From: an uncultured Methanosarcinales archaeon
Lineage (GTDB): Archaea; Nanobdellota; Nanobdellia; Woesearchaeales; DSVV01
Assembly: GCA_964453185.1 (NCBI GenBank)
Contig: CAYVNN010000004.1
Coordinates: forward strand, 128,706-192,705
Reading direction: 5' to 3'
Length of the DNA stretch: 64,000 bases
In this document: positions 28,040 through 36,206 of the stretch, piece by piece
How positions within the stretch are numbered: the first letter of the stretch is position 1
Layout of the letters: every line of letters begins with the position of its first letter
The notes under the pieces: generated by a model
The model's input: the letters and a program-made list of their open reading frames with translations, nothing else
What the model was told of the DNA's origin: nothing
The model's database searches: none
Made by a program: the position numbers and the translations under genes

Positions 28040-28348
28040 ATGAAATTACCAAAAACAACTAAAAGGCTTTGTCCATACTGTAAGAAGCACACAGAGCATA
28101 AGACTACTCAAACAAAGAGGAAAAAAGCGTCCTCATTATCATTGGGGTCTAAATACAGGGCTAAAAAGCGAGGATTAGCTAGGGGAACCGGTAATCTTGG
28201 AAGATATTCAAAACCAGCTATTACTAAGTTTAAATTAACTGGTAAGAAGCAGTCAAAGAAGACTGATTTAAGGTATGAATGTAGTGTGTGTAAAAAGACT
28301 CATGTTCAGAAAACTGGAATACGGGCAAAAAGAGTAGAATTAGTTTAA
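28040..28348 (+). CDS. rpl44e: Ribosomal protein L44e (L36a family)
   Basis: CPYCKKHTEHKT...GKKQSKKTDLRYECSVCKK, a basic 102-aa zinc-ribbon protein. Confidence 0.8.
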   Translation: MKLPKTTKRLCPYCKKHTEHKTTQTKRKKASSLSLGSKYRAKKRGLARGTGNLGRYSKPAITKFKLTGKKQSKKTDLRYECSVCKKTHVQKTGIRAKRVELV

Positions 28349-28650
28349 TTTGATCCTGCAGAACCTTTTTTATTTATTCTATCTTTGTATTTTTGTGTTA
28401 CAATTTTTAGTGCTTCTTCTAGATCTACATTAAAGTAATTAGCTATTGTTATTAATGAATAAAAGGTATCTCCTATTTCTAATCTTATCTTTTCATTTGG
28501 TATTAGTTTTTTTCTCCCATAATTACTCATTTTAAGAACTTCTTTTGAGATCTCTCCTGTTTCAGATACTAAGTCTAAAACTCGATGTTCAATAGGTGAT
28601 TCAAGATTGTTTTCTTTGCAAAATTCTTTTATTTGTTTTTGTATCTTTTT
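28345..28650 (-). CDS. MazG-like nucleoside-triphosphate pyrophosphohydrolase
   Basis: …EHRVLDLVSETGEISKEVLK…EIGDTFYSLITIANYFNVDLEEALKIVTQKYKDR has the MazG EExxE / EIGD helical motifs. Probable start MKKIQKQ; the track ORF extends further upstream. Confidence 0.5.
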   Translation of the reverse strand, partial: KKIQKQIKEFCKENNLESPIEHRVLDLVSETGEISKEVLKMSNYGRKKLIPNEKIRLEIGDTFYSLITIANYFNVDLEEALKIVTQKYKDRINKKGSAGSN

Positions 28651-28652
28651 CA

Positions 28653-29552
28653 TTATATCAATAATCCCCACAATTGACTTCCTATTAATAACACTATTAA
28701 ATATGCAGCTAAGAAGCTTGGTACAAATGGTATGCCATATTTGACCCATATTTTGTTTATCTTTTTTTGTTTTTTAAGTTTTAGAAGTTGTTGTATTTGT
28801 TCTTTTTCTATACCTAAATCTTTTGGTCCACAAATATATTTATTGTTAATTTTTACTTCTTTTGCTATCCAGTCACCTTCTGTAACTTTTTCTATAGCTA
28901 TTTGTTTTATCATACAAACTTTTTCAACAACTTTGACCATTATTGATAAGTAAAATGTAATAACTGTTACTGTTATTAATCCAAAGATTAATATTAAGGT
29001 ATTTGTGTTTTTTATAAAAAATAATGATAATAAACCAATGACTACAATTATTAACATAATTATTCTAATGTATATTATTTTCTTTTGTGAGAGGATCTTC
29101 TTAGCTTCTTTTAAAACTTGTTTCCATTTAATTAATGCAGATACAATTGTCCATATTAATCCATACAATGATCCTGCAACCAGACTAAAAATAAAGAATA
29201 ATATCAATGTAGGAGGATTAGATAACCAATGTTGTATTATGTTTGTTAAAGGCCATGTTAATTCTAAGCCAATCAATGCTCCAAGTCCCATTAAAATCTT
29301 ACTATCTCCTCCACCCCATTGTCCTGTGTAAAACATTATGTATGCAATTATGAACATTAATGTGAAACCAGCAAGACCTTCAAAGAAATATATCCATTCA
29401 TTTGTGATAATGCTTTGTGCTAAATGAAGTGTAATCCCAATGAATATTAATGAATAGTTTAAGAAATTAGGTACCTCTCTTGTTTTAATGTCTGTTAGAC
29501 TTGCAATGATTAAGGCAACCAATGCAATGATTGTAATTATTATGTTTAACAT
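28653..29552 (-). CDS. Type IV prepilin/preflagellin (archaellin) peptidase, A24 family (PibD/FlaK-like)
   Basis: Polytopic membrane protein with a first Asp motif (ASLTDIKTREVPN) and a second motif WGGGDSKILMGLGALIGL (GGGDVKL-type). Confidence 0.6.
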   Translation of the reverse strand: MLNIIITIIALVALIIASLTDIKTREVPNFLNYSLIFIGITLHLAQSIITNEWIYFFEGLAGFTLMFIIAYIMFYTGQWGGGDSKILMGLGALIGLELTWPLTNIIQHWLSNPPTLILFFIFSLVAGSLYGLIWTIVSALIKWKQVLKEAKKILSQKKIIYIRIIMLIIVVIGLLSLFFIKNTNTLILIFGLITVTVITFYLSIMVKVVEKVCMIKQIAIEKVTEGDWIAKEVKINNKYICGPKDLGIEKEQIQQLLKLKKQKKINKIWVKYGIPFVPSFLAAYLIVLLIGSQLWGLLI

Positions 29553-29584
29553 TTTCTCTTTTTTTTAATGATGGTTCTTTTGTA

Positions 29585-29695
29585 ATAGTACCGCCGCCTT
29601 GGCTCACTATATTATTTATCTTATTATGACGTAAGGATACGGTACGTACATTGTAATATTTCATAGTACCAGAGCCGCTGCGGTACTATTATTGT
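29585..29695 (-). repeat. Structured intergenic repeat family copy E4 (inverted orientation)
   Basis: Minus-strand reading: AAUAGUACCGC-AGCGGCUCUGGUAC ... AUAGUGAGCCAAGGCGGCG-GUACUAUU. Confidence 0.6.
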
Positions 29696-29697
29696 AA

Positions 29698-30363
29698 TCA
29701 TAAAAATCCTAATGCTTCATCTATTGTTACAGCTTCTACTCCTGTGGTAGCTTCTCCAATAATGATGCCATTTGAATTAGTTAGTATTCCTGCTTTTACA
29801 TAAGGACTACCAAAGTTAACTGTTGCTCTTATTGGTTTTAGTTTTAGTAATTTTTTGACTTGAGCAATGTTTTCTTCTGTAGCACATGAATGAATTACAA
29901 CACCTTTTGAATTATGTGCACAACATGCACCAACAACTTCAATGTCTGCAATCATTCCAGGGTTTAATGGAACATTAAGTGCTGTTCTTATCTCTTTCTT
30001 TGTTTTTGCACTAAAATCTGGATTAACTAAACAACCATTATCATTACAAAGAATATTATTTCCAAATGCAGTTAGTTTTGTGTCAATTATTTTATATTCA
30101 ATATTTAATTTTTCTATTACTTTTAATTCATTGTCTTCAATTATATTTGGTAATAATAAACAATTATTATTTCCTGTACATAATGCACCAATTAATGAGG
30201 TTTTTCCAATTGTAATTTGGTGAACAGGAACCTTTAGTATTTTTCCTATCTTTTGAGCTAATTTTTTTTGTACAGTTTTACCTAATAAACAGTATGAATC
30301 AGTACAATAACCGTATAGCCCTATATTAGGGTTTTTGTTTATGTTTGTTTTTAATATATGCAT
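29698..30363 (-). CDS. eif6: Translation initiation factor 6 (aIF6)
   Basis: 221 aa with five-fold pseudo-repeats and …NPNIGLYGYCTDSYCLL… typical of eIF6. Confidence 0.8.
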   Translation of the reverse strand: MHILKTNINKNPNIGLYGYCTDSYCLLGKTVQKKLAQKIGKILKVPVHQITIGKTSLIGALCTGNNNCLLLPNIIEDNELKVIEKLNIEYKIIDTKLTAFGNNILCNDNGCLVNPDFSAKTKKEIRTALNVPLNPGMIADIEVVGACCAHNSKGVVIHSCATEENIAQVKKLLKLKPIRATVNFGSPYVKAGILTNSNGIIIGEATTGVEAVTIDEALGFL

Positions 30364-30421
30364 TTTATTTAAAATTCCTCACACAATTTTTAATTCCAAA
30401 AAACATATAGTATGTTTTTTG

Positions 30422-31198
30422 TTACTGTAAACTCGCCTCATCAACTTCTATGTTTTCATTTTCTAACATTGATTTTTTCATTAGAATATTAATCTCACTA
30501 AGATGTTCTTCTTGTTGTAATGCCAATTTTTGTTGGTTTTCTAAATGTAATAAAGGAATAAAAGTATAAATTTTTTCTTCTTTTGAATTTGATTTTAATA
30601 ATTGGTTGAATGTCATCTTTTTTTCTTTTTCGTTTAGGAAGTATGATCTTACTTCATTGTATAAATTTTTAATAACATTTGTAATATCAATTTCTTTTTT
30701 AGGAATTTCAACATGGATTTCTTCTCTATGGTATTTTCTTCTTTTTTTAACATTCAATGCTTTTTGTAACGCATCAACAAGATCATAAACAGACACTTTT
30801 CTTTTTCTTGGTTGTGGGGTTCTTGGTATTAGTCTGTATTTATCATCATTTGGATCAAATGTTCTTCTTTCATCATAATCTCCTGCTTCAAGTTCATCAT
30901 AAAAGTCATCTCCCATGTCTTCAGACATTGCAATTAATCGATCTAATTGACTTAAATCTTCTCCAACTAGTTTATTTGATTTTAATCTTAACATGATAGC
31001 AGCTGCTAAGATGATCTTTCCTGAAATCTTAAAATCCATATCTTTCAATTGTCTAATCATTTCTAGGAATCTTTGAGATAGTTGTGAAATATCAATGTCC
31101 CATGGATCCATCTGTTCAGATCTAACTGCCTCATGGATAATAGACTGCCATGTAACATCATCATCCTTAAACAACATCTCAAATATTTTTTCTTGCAT
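30422..31198 (-). CDS. scpA: Segregation and condensation protein A (ScpA, kleisin)
   Basis: N-terminal MDPWDIDISQLSQRFLEMIRQL…ISGKIILAAAIMLRLKSNKL and C-terminal …MTFNQLL…IYTFIPLLHL… match the ScpA N- and C-terminal winged-helix regions. Confidence 0.6.
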   Translation of the reverse strand: MQEKIFEMLFKDDDVTWQSIIHEAVRSEQMDPWDIDISQLSQRFLEMIRQLKDMDFKISGKIILAAAIMLRLKSNKLVGEDLSQLDRLIAMSEDMGDDFYDELEAGDYDERRTFDPNDDKYRLIPRTPQPRKRKVSVYDLVDALQKALNVKKRRKYHREEIHVEIPKKEIDITNVIKNLYNEVRSYFLNEKEKKMTFNQLLKSNSKEEKIYTFIPLLHLENQQKLALQQEEHLSEINILMKKSMLENENIEVDEASLQ

Positions 31199-31386
31199 AC
31201 TTTAGAAAGGATTTATATATGTATATAAAGGTATCGGAGAGTAGTGTGTTAGGATAGAGATATGAGAATGAATGCACTGGGCAATAATGCGAAGCCACGC
31301 CATCTTTTAGGTAAGCTAAAAGCTGGATCAAAATCTATCGTAGTATCTCATATCTTCGATACTACTCAAATTCTAGAAATTAAATA

Positions 31387-31457
31387 TGCACCGGGCGGGA
31401 ATCGAACCCGCGCCTAAGCGTTGGCAACGCCCAATTGTACCATTCAACCACCGGTGC
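31387..31457 (-). tRNA. tRNA-Gly (GCC), intronless
   Basis: Minus strand GCACCGG-UG-GUUG-AAUGGUA-CAAU-U-GGGCG-UUGCCAA-CGCUU-AGGC-GCGGG-UUCGAUU-CCCGC-CCGGUGC-A. All stems pair; 71 nt. Confidence 0.85.
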
Positions 31458-31493
31458 TTAGAACGTGTTTATTATTATTTAATACAAAAATAA

Positions 31494-31653
31494 TGGTGGG
31501 CCCACCCGGAATTACGAAACAGGAGATAACTCCTTATTTTCTCGAACCGGGGATCAATGCCTTTCTTTGTGAAATAAATCACTTGTAAGGGCACTGTCAT
31601 AGCTTCTAGCTGCGAGCAAAGTTTCACTTCGCAAGTCACTAGACCATGAGCCC
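31494..31653 (-). tRNA. tRNA-Val (UAC) with three introns (D-loop ~33 nt, anticodon 37/38 ~21 nt, T-loop ~29 nt) and genomically encoded CCA
   Basis: Acceptor GGGCUCA/UGGGCCC with A73 then CCA. Anticodon arm GUGCC-CUUACAA[intron]-GGCAU. T-arm CCCGG-UUCGA[intron containing GGAGUUAUCUCC]AU-CCGGG. The D-loop is interrupted. Confidence 0.6.
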
Positions 31654-31713
31654 ATTATCTAAATCTTTGAATTAAATGCTGTTTTAAATAGTTTTCTGTT
31701 TAAAAAGTAAGAA

Positions 31714-32322
31714 TTATCGACAACCCCACATTTCTGTATATTCAAATTCACCCCCTCTCATTGTTGTATAGCAGTCAGGTGGAGGACTAAATACAGCAGT
31801 GTCTATTCCTTCTCTACATGCTCTTTCATATTGTTCTCGTGTAATGCTTTTATCATCATAATGATGTCTTAGTGCAATTGCACTTAGAGCTATTGTATCA
31901 GTAGGTATTGTTGGATCTCTTCTTTTTGTAGCATTATAATATGAATCAAAACACTGTCTTGTTTCACTATCAAGAGCATTAACCATTTCTCTGTCTTTTT
32001 CTGGAACTTCACATACCTTCCCTTCTTTTGCATCTTGCATACAAACTAGTGTTTCTAATCTTGGAGTTAGTACTCTTGTTCCTTCTGGAATATTTTTACA
32101 GTCAGTTAAAGCACTATTTTGCATATTAAATTCACATAATTCATCATCATGTAGACTACCCATAATAGTGCCGTATGCAAAATGAGCATAATATAATATG
32201 CTTTTCTTGTATCTTTTTAGTATCTCTTGTACTTGTGGACTTGGTTGTTCTTGTGCATATGTTGGATTAACAGTTAATGGAATGACTAGTGCTGCAATAC
32301 TTAGAATTCTTGAAAATCTCAT
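31714..32322 (-). CDS. Secreted hypothetical protein with signal peptide
   Basis: MRFSRILSIAALVIPLTVNPTYAQEQ signal, then a Cys-containing domain. The track ORF extends to 32385 from an earlier Met. Confidence 0.45.
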   Translation of the reverse strand: MRFSRILSIAALVIPLTVNPTYAQEQPSPQVQEILKRYKKSILYYAHFAYGTIMGSLHDDELCEFNMQNSALTDCKNIPEGTRVLTPRLETLVCMQDAKEGKVCEVPEKDREMVNALDSETRQCFDSYYNATKRRDPTIPTDTIALSAIALRHHYDDKSITREQYERACREGIDTAVFSPPPDCYTTMRGGEFEYTEMWGCR

Positions 32323-32447
32323 ATTATTATATAGTAAGATGTTAGGATATATTAATCTTATGTTTAAATATGGTTTTGTCATCAAAATCTTTATAAATCA
32401 TATATAAACTTCTTTATGTTTAGGACTAAGTGACTTTATTTAATGTT

Positions 32448-32526
32448 TATATAAATAATGCCGACTCACAAGTTCATCGACATTATTAGACATTAAAAAA
32501 CAAATTTAATCGACTAAAGTCGATGA
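32448..32526 (+). promoter_or_regulatory. Promoter-proximal dual-hairpin module, copy M2 (upstream of tRNA-Ile)
   Basis: tatataaataatgccgactcacaagttcatcgacattattagac … aatcgactaaagtcgatg. Both hairpins are present. Confidence 0.45.
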
Positions 32527-32542
32527 AATTGCTTTATTTAAT

Positions 32543-32678
32543 GGGCCTGTAGCTTAGTCTGGTTGGAGCGCTGGTCTTATATGGCTTCGTTTCATACAAG
32601 AAATTGGCTCTGAGTGAGCCAGTGGTCGTGAGAGGTCATCTTTTAGATGATTCACGAATTCAAATCTCATCAGGCCCA
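32543..32678 (+). tRNA. tRNA-Ile (UAU) with two introns (37/38, 35 nt; 53/54, 26 nt)
   Basis: GGGCCUG-UA-GCUU-AGUCUGGUUG-GAGC-G-CUGGU-CUUAUA[35 nt]A-GCCAG-UGGUC-GUGAG[26 nt]UUCAAAU-CUCAU-CAGGCCC-A. All helices pair. An oligo-T follows. Confidence 0.65.
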
Positions 32679-32740
32679 TTATTTTTTTATATTTAGAGAA
32701 AGATTTAAAAAGGACTACAGAAAACAAGATTATACTTAAA

Positions 32741-32897
32741 GCTCCGTTGGTGTAGTCCGGCCAATCATCCAGGATTTTCGTGGCGATGAATCAAAGATTC
32801 ATGAAGTTTTCGCTTTTCGCCGAAAACATCCTGGGACTCGGGTTCGAATATCAAAAAAGGGTTAAAACCTATTGATTTGAAAGTCCCGGACGGAGCA
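32741..32897 (+). tRNA. tRNA-Glu (UUC) with two introns (37/38, ~47 nt; 60/61, 35 nt)
   Basis: GCUCCGU-UG-GUGUAGUCCGGCCAAUCAUC-CAGGA-UUUUCG[intron with CGAAAAC complement]A-UCCUG-GGAC-UCGGG-UUCGAAU[AUCAAAAAAGGGUUAAAACCUAUUGAUUUGAAAGU]CCCGG-ACGGAGC-A. Confidence 0.65.
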
Positions 32898-32922
32898 TTT
32901 ATTATAATATGGTGAAATCATA

Positions 32923-33024
32923 ATGAAAAGAAGTTCAAGACGATGGAAAAAGAAAGGCCAAATGAGATGGAAATGGCAGCGAAAGAGAATGAAGAAGGAA
33001 AAGCGAAGAAGAGCTAAGAAATAA
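32923..33024 (+). CDS. Small basic peptide, ribosomal protein L41e-like (33 aa)
   Basis: MKRSSRRWKKKGQMRWKWQRKRMKKEKRRRAKK. SD ggtga lies 8 nt upstream. Embedded in the tRNA cluster and not listed in the ORF track. Confidence 0.4.
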   Translation: MKRSSRRWKKKGQMRWKWQRKRMKKEKRRRAKK

Positions 33025-33164
33025 ATAGATTAATCTCTCTTTCTATTCTTATTATATTCAGTTAAATTTATATAACAGATGAAATTCTAATTACTTTTAT
33101 GCCAACGTGGCATACTCAAAAAAAGCAATTTTTTTGGTCGCCAAGTTGTCATTCATACATTCAT

Positions 33165-33329
33165 GCCAACGTGGCACAATCTGGTACTGCGCGGATTCTG
33201 TGATGAGCAGAAGCGTAAGCCTTGAGTGTCTAATCACTTAGGATCAGGTTAGCCCGTTTCCTCACGGATATCCCGGTTCAAATAACAAAAAGGTTCAAAC
33301 CTATTGTTTTGAAAGTCCGGGCGTTGGCG
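33165..33329 (+). tRNA. Intron-containing tRNA (isotype unresolved) with a 60/61 intron homologous to that of tRNA-Glu, plus an anticodon-region intron
   Basis: Acceptor GCCAACG/CGUUGGC with G73. D-arm UGGCACAAUCUGGUACUGC. T-arm CCCGG-UUCAAAU[AACAAAAAGGUUCAAACCUAUUGUUUUGAAAGU]CCGGG. An oligo-T follows. Confidence 0.5.
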
Positions 33330-33397
33330 TCATTTTTAAATCAATAGTATTTCTAGAAAAGAAAATTAAGAATATTAGTTAAGAATTAATTTATTCT

Positions 33398-35230
33398 TTA
33401 ACTTAGGATTACTCCATAAGTAACACTATTATCAAATGGATCACAAAATAAATCAACCTCATTACCATCCCATCTAACATAAGGGTCACAGCCGTAAACA
33501 GGATACCCGTTCACTAGATCACTAGAATAAGTAGTACTCGTCCCAACATAAGAGATATACTCAACATCATTAGATATTCTAGACACCTCATTACAAAATC
33601 CTTCAGGTTGATCTTCATGAGAAGCAATTTCTTCTCTAGAGTAACCCATCAATTGATTTCTGTTAAGGTCAACAAAATGAAATGCATTATCGTTAGGGAA
33701 CAACACCGCTAACCAATTATGACCTGATGTTCCATCAGATGAAACAACTGACCATACACTATCAGAATCAAAACCCATTTTCCTTAACAAAGTTAAACCT
33801 GTCATACTTTTACCGATACAATTACCTGATTCCATAATATTAGACATTACATGAACTGGTTGAGGAGACATCCAACAATAATTTCTATCCATATTATAAT
33901 CGTTAGTCCAGCCAGTACCACTGAAACAATCATTAATACCATTAAATAGATAACCTTCATAATCATTACTTTCCCTTACATCAGAACTATAGCAAGGGGG
34001 TGCTTTACATTCTAAACCTTCAGTGTAAGGACTGTTAGCACCTTCAGTACCACAATAACCATCAGTTTGACAATCATCTCCACCATAGTCATAACGCAAA
34101 TACCTTCTTTCAGGGACAGGGTTAGAACTAGCTTTAATATAATATAATCCACGGCAAGCTGTTAAGTCACCACCATAATAATTGTCAGCTTCATCTCTTG
34201 CCCAATCACAAGTTGAATAATCAGATGATTCGTGGTCATTATTAAACAAGCCTAAACAACAATCAGACGCTTCTTCAACAATGTAATCTAACTCTTCAGA
34301 ACAGATTTCCATAACGTCGCATTTTGGTGCACAGACATCATTACCAAAATAGATGAATGTACCATCACCATTTGGCCAAACATCAGTGCAACCAGAATCT
34401 GAAGGGGCATATTTGCTGTTAGTGTTACAAACAGTATTACACGGTGCACAAGAACCACCACAATCAATCCCTTCTTCATCTTGGTTCTGGATATTATCTG
34501 AACAAGATTCAAAGTCATTTATACTTAAACAATCACAGTTAGGGTCACATCTTAATCCTGATCCACAGATATCACCTGGTTGTTTATCATCACATTTATT
34601 ATCAGCACCACAATCTTCAGAACAGACTGGCTGGCCAACCATTCCATCGACACGATCTTTTATCATTGCAGTGTCCCAAATACAAGTTGAAACAGGAGAA
34701 TCAATTGAACTAGTAGTTTTAGCACCAGACATACTAGCATCTATTATGTCAAGGTACCATTGTCTTCCACCATCATCATCATAATAAACTAATCCAACTG
34801 AATCATAATTATTATGATTGATGTTTAATGTAACTTTTGAACCAATCACTTCAAAGGGGATATATTGAAATATCTCTCCATCTTTTACCAAAACAAAGTT
34901 AGATTCATCCCTATATGTTTTATAATTATCAAACTCAGAACTAGATAAACTGTGCTGGACATAATTACTTAATACTGTACTTTCATAACTAAGATCGCCT
35001 GTTGCAAGTTTTTTTTCTATATCATAATTATCGCTAGTTTCATGATCCATATCTGTTGCTAAATTATCATCAAAATCTTCCAAGCCAAACCCATCTACTT
35101 GGACTGATGTAGCTTCGCCAGCGATGTTTGAATCAGCATCAAAAAAGAATAAAAATAAAGTGCCAATTATCAGAACTGATATTACTAAAATAATTGAATA
35201 ATATTTTTTTAAAGGGGATCTATCTATCAT
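33398..35230 (-). CDS. Secreted transglutaminase-like (cysteine protease fold) Cys-rich protein
   Basis: N-terminal TM/signal. Core ESGNCIGKSMTGLTLLRKMGF…GHNWLAVLF…D fits the transglutaminase-like Cys-His-Asp triad pattern (GxCxxfA…R..GIP…HAW). CSDNIQNQDEEGIDCGGSCAPC is shared with the 10303 protein. Confidence 0.6.
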   Translation of the reverse strand: MIDRSPLKKYYSIILVISVLIIGTLFLFFFDADSNIAGEATSVQVDGFGLEDFDDNLATDMDHETSDNYDIEKKLATGDLSYESTVLSNYVQHSLSSSEFDNYKTYRDESNFVLVKDGEIFQYIPFEVIGSKVTLNINHNNYDSVGLVYYDDDGGRQWYLDIIDASMSGAKTTSSIDSPVSTCIWDTAMIKDRVDGMVGQPVCSEDCGADNKCDDKQPGDICGSGLRCDPNCDCLSINDFESCSDNIQNQDEEGIDCGGSCAPCNTVCNTNSKYAPSDSGCTDVWPNGDGTFIYFGNDVCAPKCDVMEICSEELDYIVEEASDCCLGLFNNDHESSDYSTCDWARDEADNYYGGDLTACRGLYYIKASSNPVPERRYLRYDYGGDDCQTDGYCGTEGANSPYTEGLECKAPPCYSSDVRESNDYEGYLFNGINDCFSGTGWTNDYNMDRNYCWMSPQPVHVMSNIMESGNCIGKSMTGLTLLRKMGFDSDSVWSVVSSDGTSGHNWLAVLFPNDNAFHFVDLNRNQLMGYSREEIASHEDQPEGFCNEVSRISNDVEYISYVGTSTTYSSDLVNGYPVYGCDPYVRWDGNEVDLFCDPFDNSVTYGVILS

Positions 35231-35440
35231 CTATCTATCATTAATAGGTTATTGTATTTAAATTTATCTGGATATTTAATAATATTTAAACTCAAGGTAC
35301 TTCTAGCTTAGTAAAAATTAAATAGTTCAATTCCCTTACTTATGTAAACAAAAAAGAAATTCCTACACAGGTTTTAACCATTGGTTCTTTGTTGGGTTTT
35401 GGCGTCATTTTTTTGTATGTAATATTTACTTTATTAAAAT

Positions 35441-35548
35441 TATTAGTACCACAGCGGCTCTGATTCTAAGTGAAATAATAGTGACGCAACATATTTTATT
35501 GCGAATTAATGAGTTATTAGAAAAGGAGTCAAGGTGGTGGTACTAATA
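35441..35548 (+). repeat. Structured intergenic repeat family copy E5
   Basis: AUUAGUACCAC-AGCGGCUCUGAUUC ... GGAGUCAAGGUGG-UGGUACUAAU with a slightly degenerate 3' core. Confidence 0.55.
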
Positions 35549-35604
35549 ACTTTTTCCATATTTTTTTCAAAAGCTTTAATAAGTTCTAATTATTTAATTG
35601 TCTT

Positions 35605-36078
35605 ATGATAATATTAGAATATATCTTAATATCATTATTAGCTTTTTTAGGATTAATAATAGGGGCAATCCTATCTTTTATTGCACCTGAAGAATTAAAG
35701 CCATTAAAGAAGTATTTTAGATACTTCTATAAAGTTATTATTGCTTTGGTCTTGATTGTATTTATTGTTTTCAAAGGATTAAGTATTTTAACATCTGTTT
35801 TATTGTTATTATTATTTGCATTCTTATTATCAATTGAATCAATGAAACCTGTTATTTATTCAGTTATGCCTTTATTTCTTTATTCATTAGATAATAGACT
35901 TGTTTTGACTGAATCAATATTAGTTTTTATCTTAAGTATTGTTTTAGCAGCAGTGTTTATTGAACCTTTTGAAAAGAAACAACAGGTTAAGAATAAGTTA
36001 ATGGTATTAAGAAAATTATTATGTAAATATTATTACTATGTTTTTGTTGTAATTATTCTTGTTGTTTTAAAGATATAG
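35605..36078 (+). CDS. Hypothetical small polytopic membrane protein
   Basis: 157 aa, 4-5 hydrophobic helices, no motif. Confidence 0.4.
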   Translation: MIILEYILISLLAFLGLIIGAILSFIAPEELKPLKKYFRYFYKVIIALVLIVFIVFKGLSILTSVLLLLLFAFLLSIESMKPVIYSVMPLFLYSLDNRLVLTESILVFILSIVLAAVFIEPFEKKQQVKNKLMVLRKLLCKYYYYVFVVIILVVLKI

Positions 36079-36093
36079 AAGATTATGTCTTTT

Positions 36094-36205
36094 AATTATT
36101 AGCACCACAGCGGCTCTGATATTATGTAATATTATTATGTACATTCCGTATCCTTGCGCTGTTGTAAATTAATTTAGATAGTGAGCCAAGGTGGGTACTT
36201 AATAA
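36094..36205 (+). repeat. Structured intergenic repeat family copy E6a
   Basis: UUAUUAGCACCAC-AGCGGCUCUGAUAUU ... GAUAGUGAGCCAAGGUGG-GUACUUAAUAA. Confidence 0.6.
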
Positions 36206-36206
36206 G

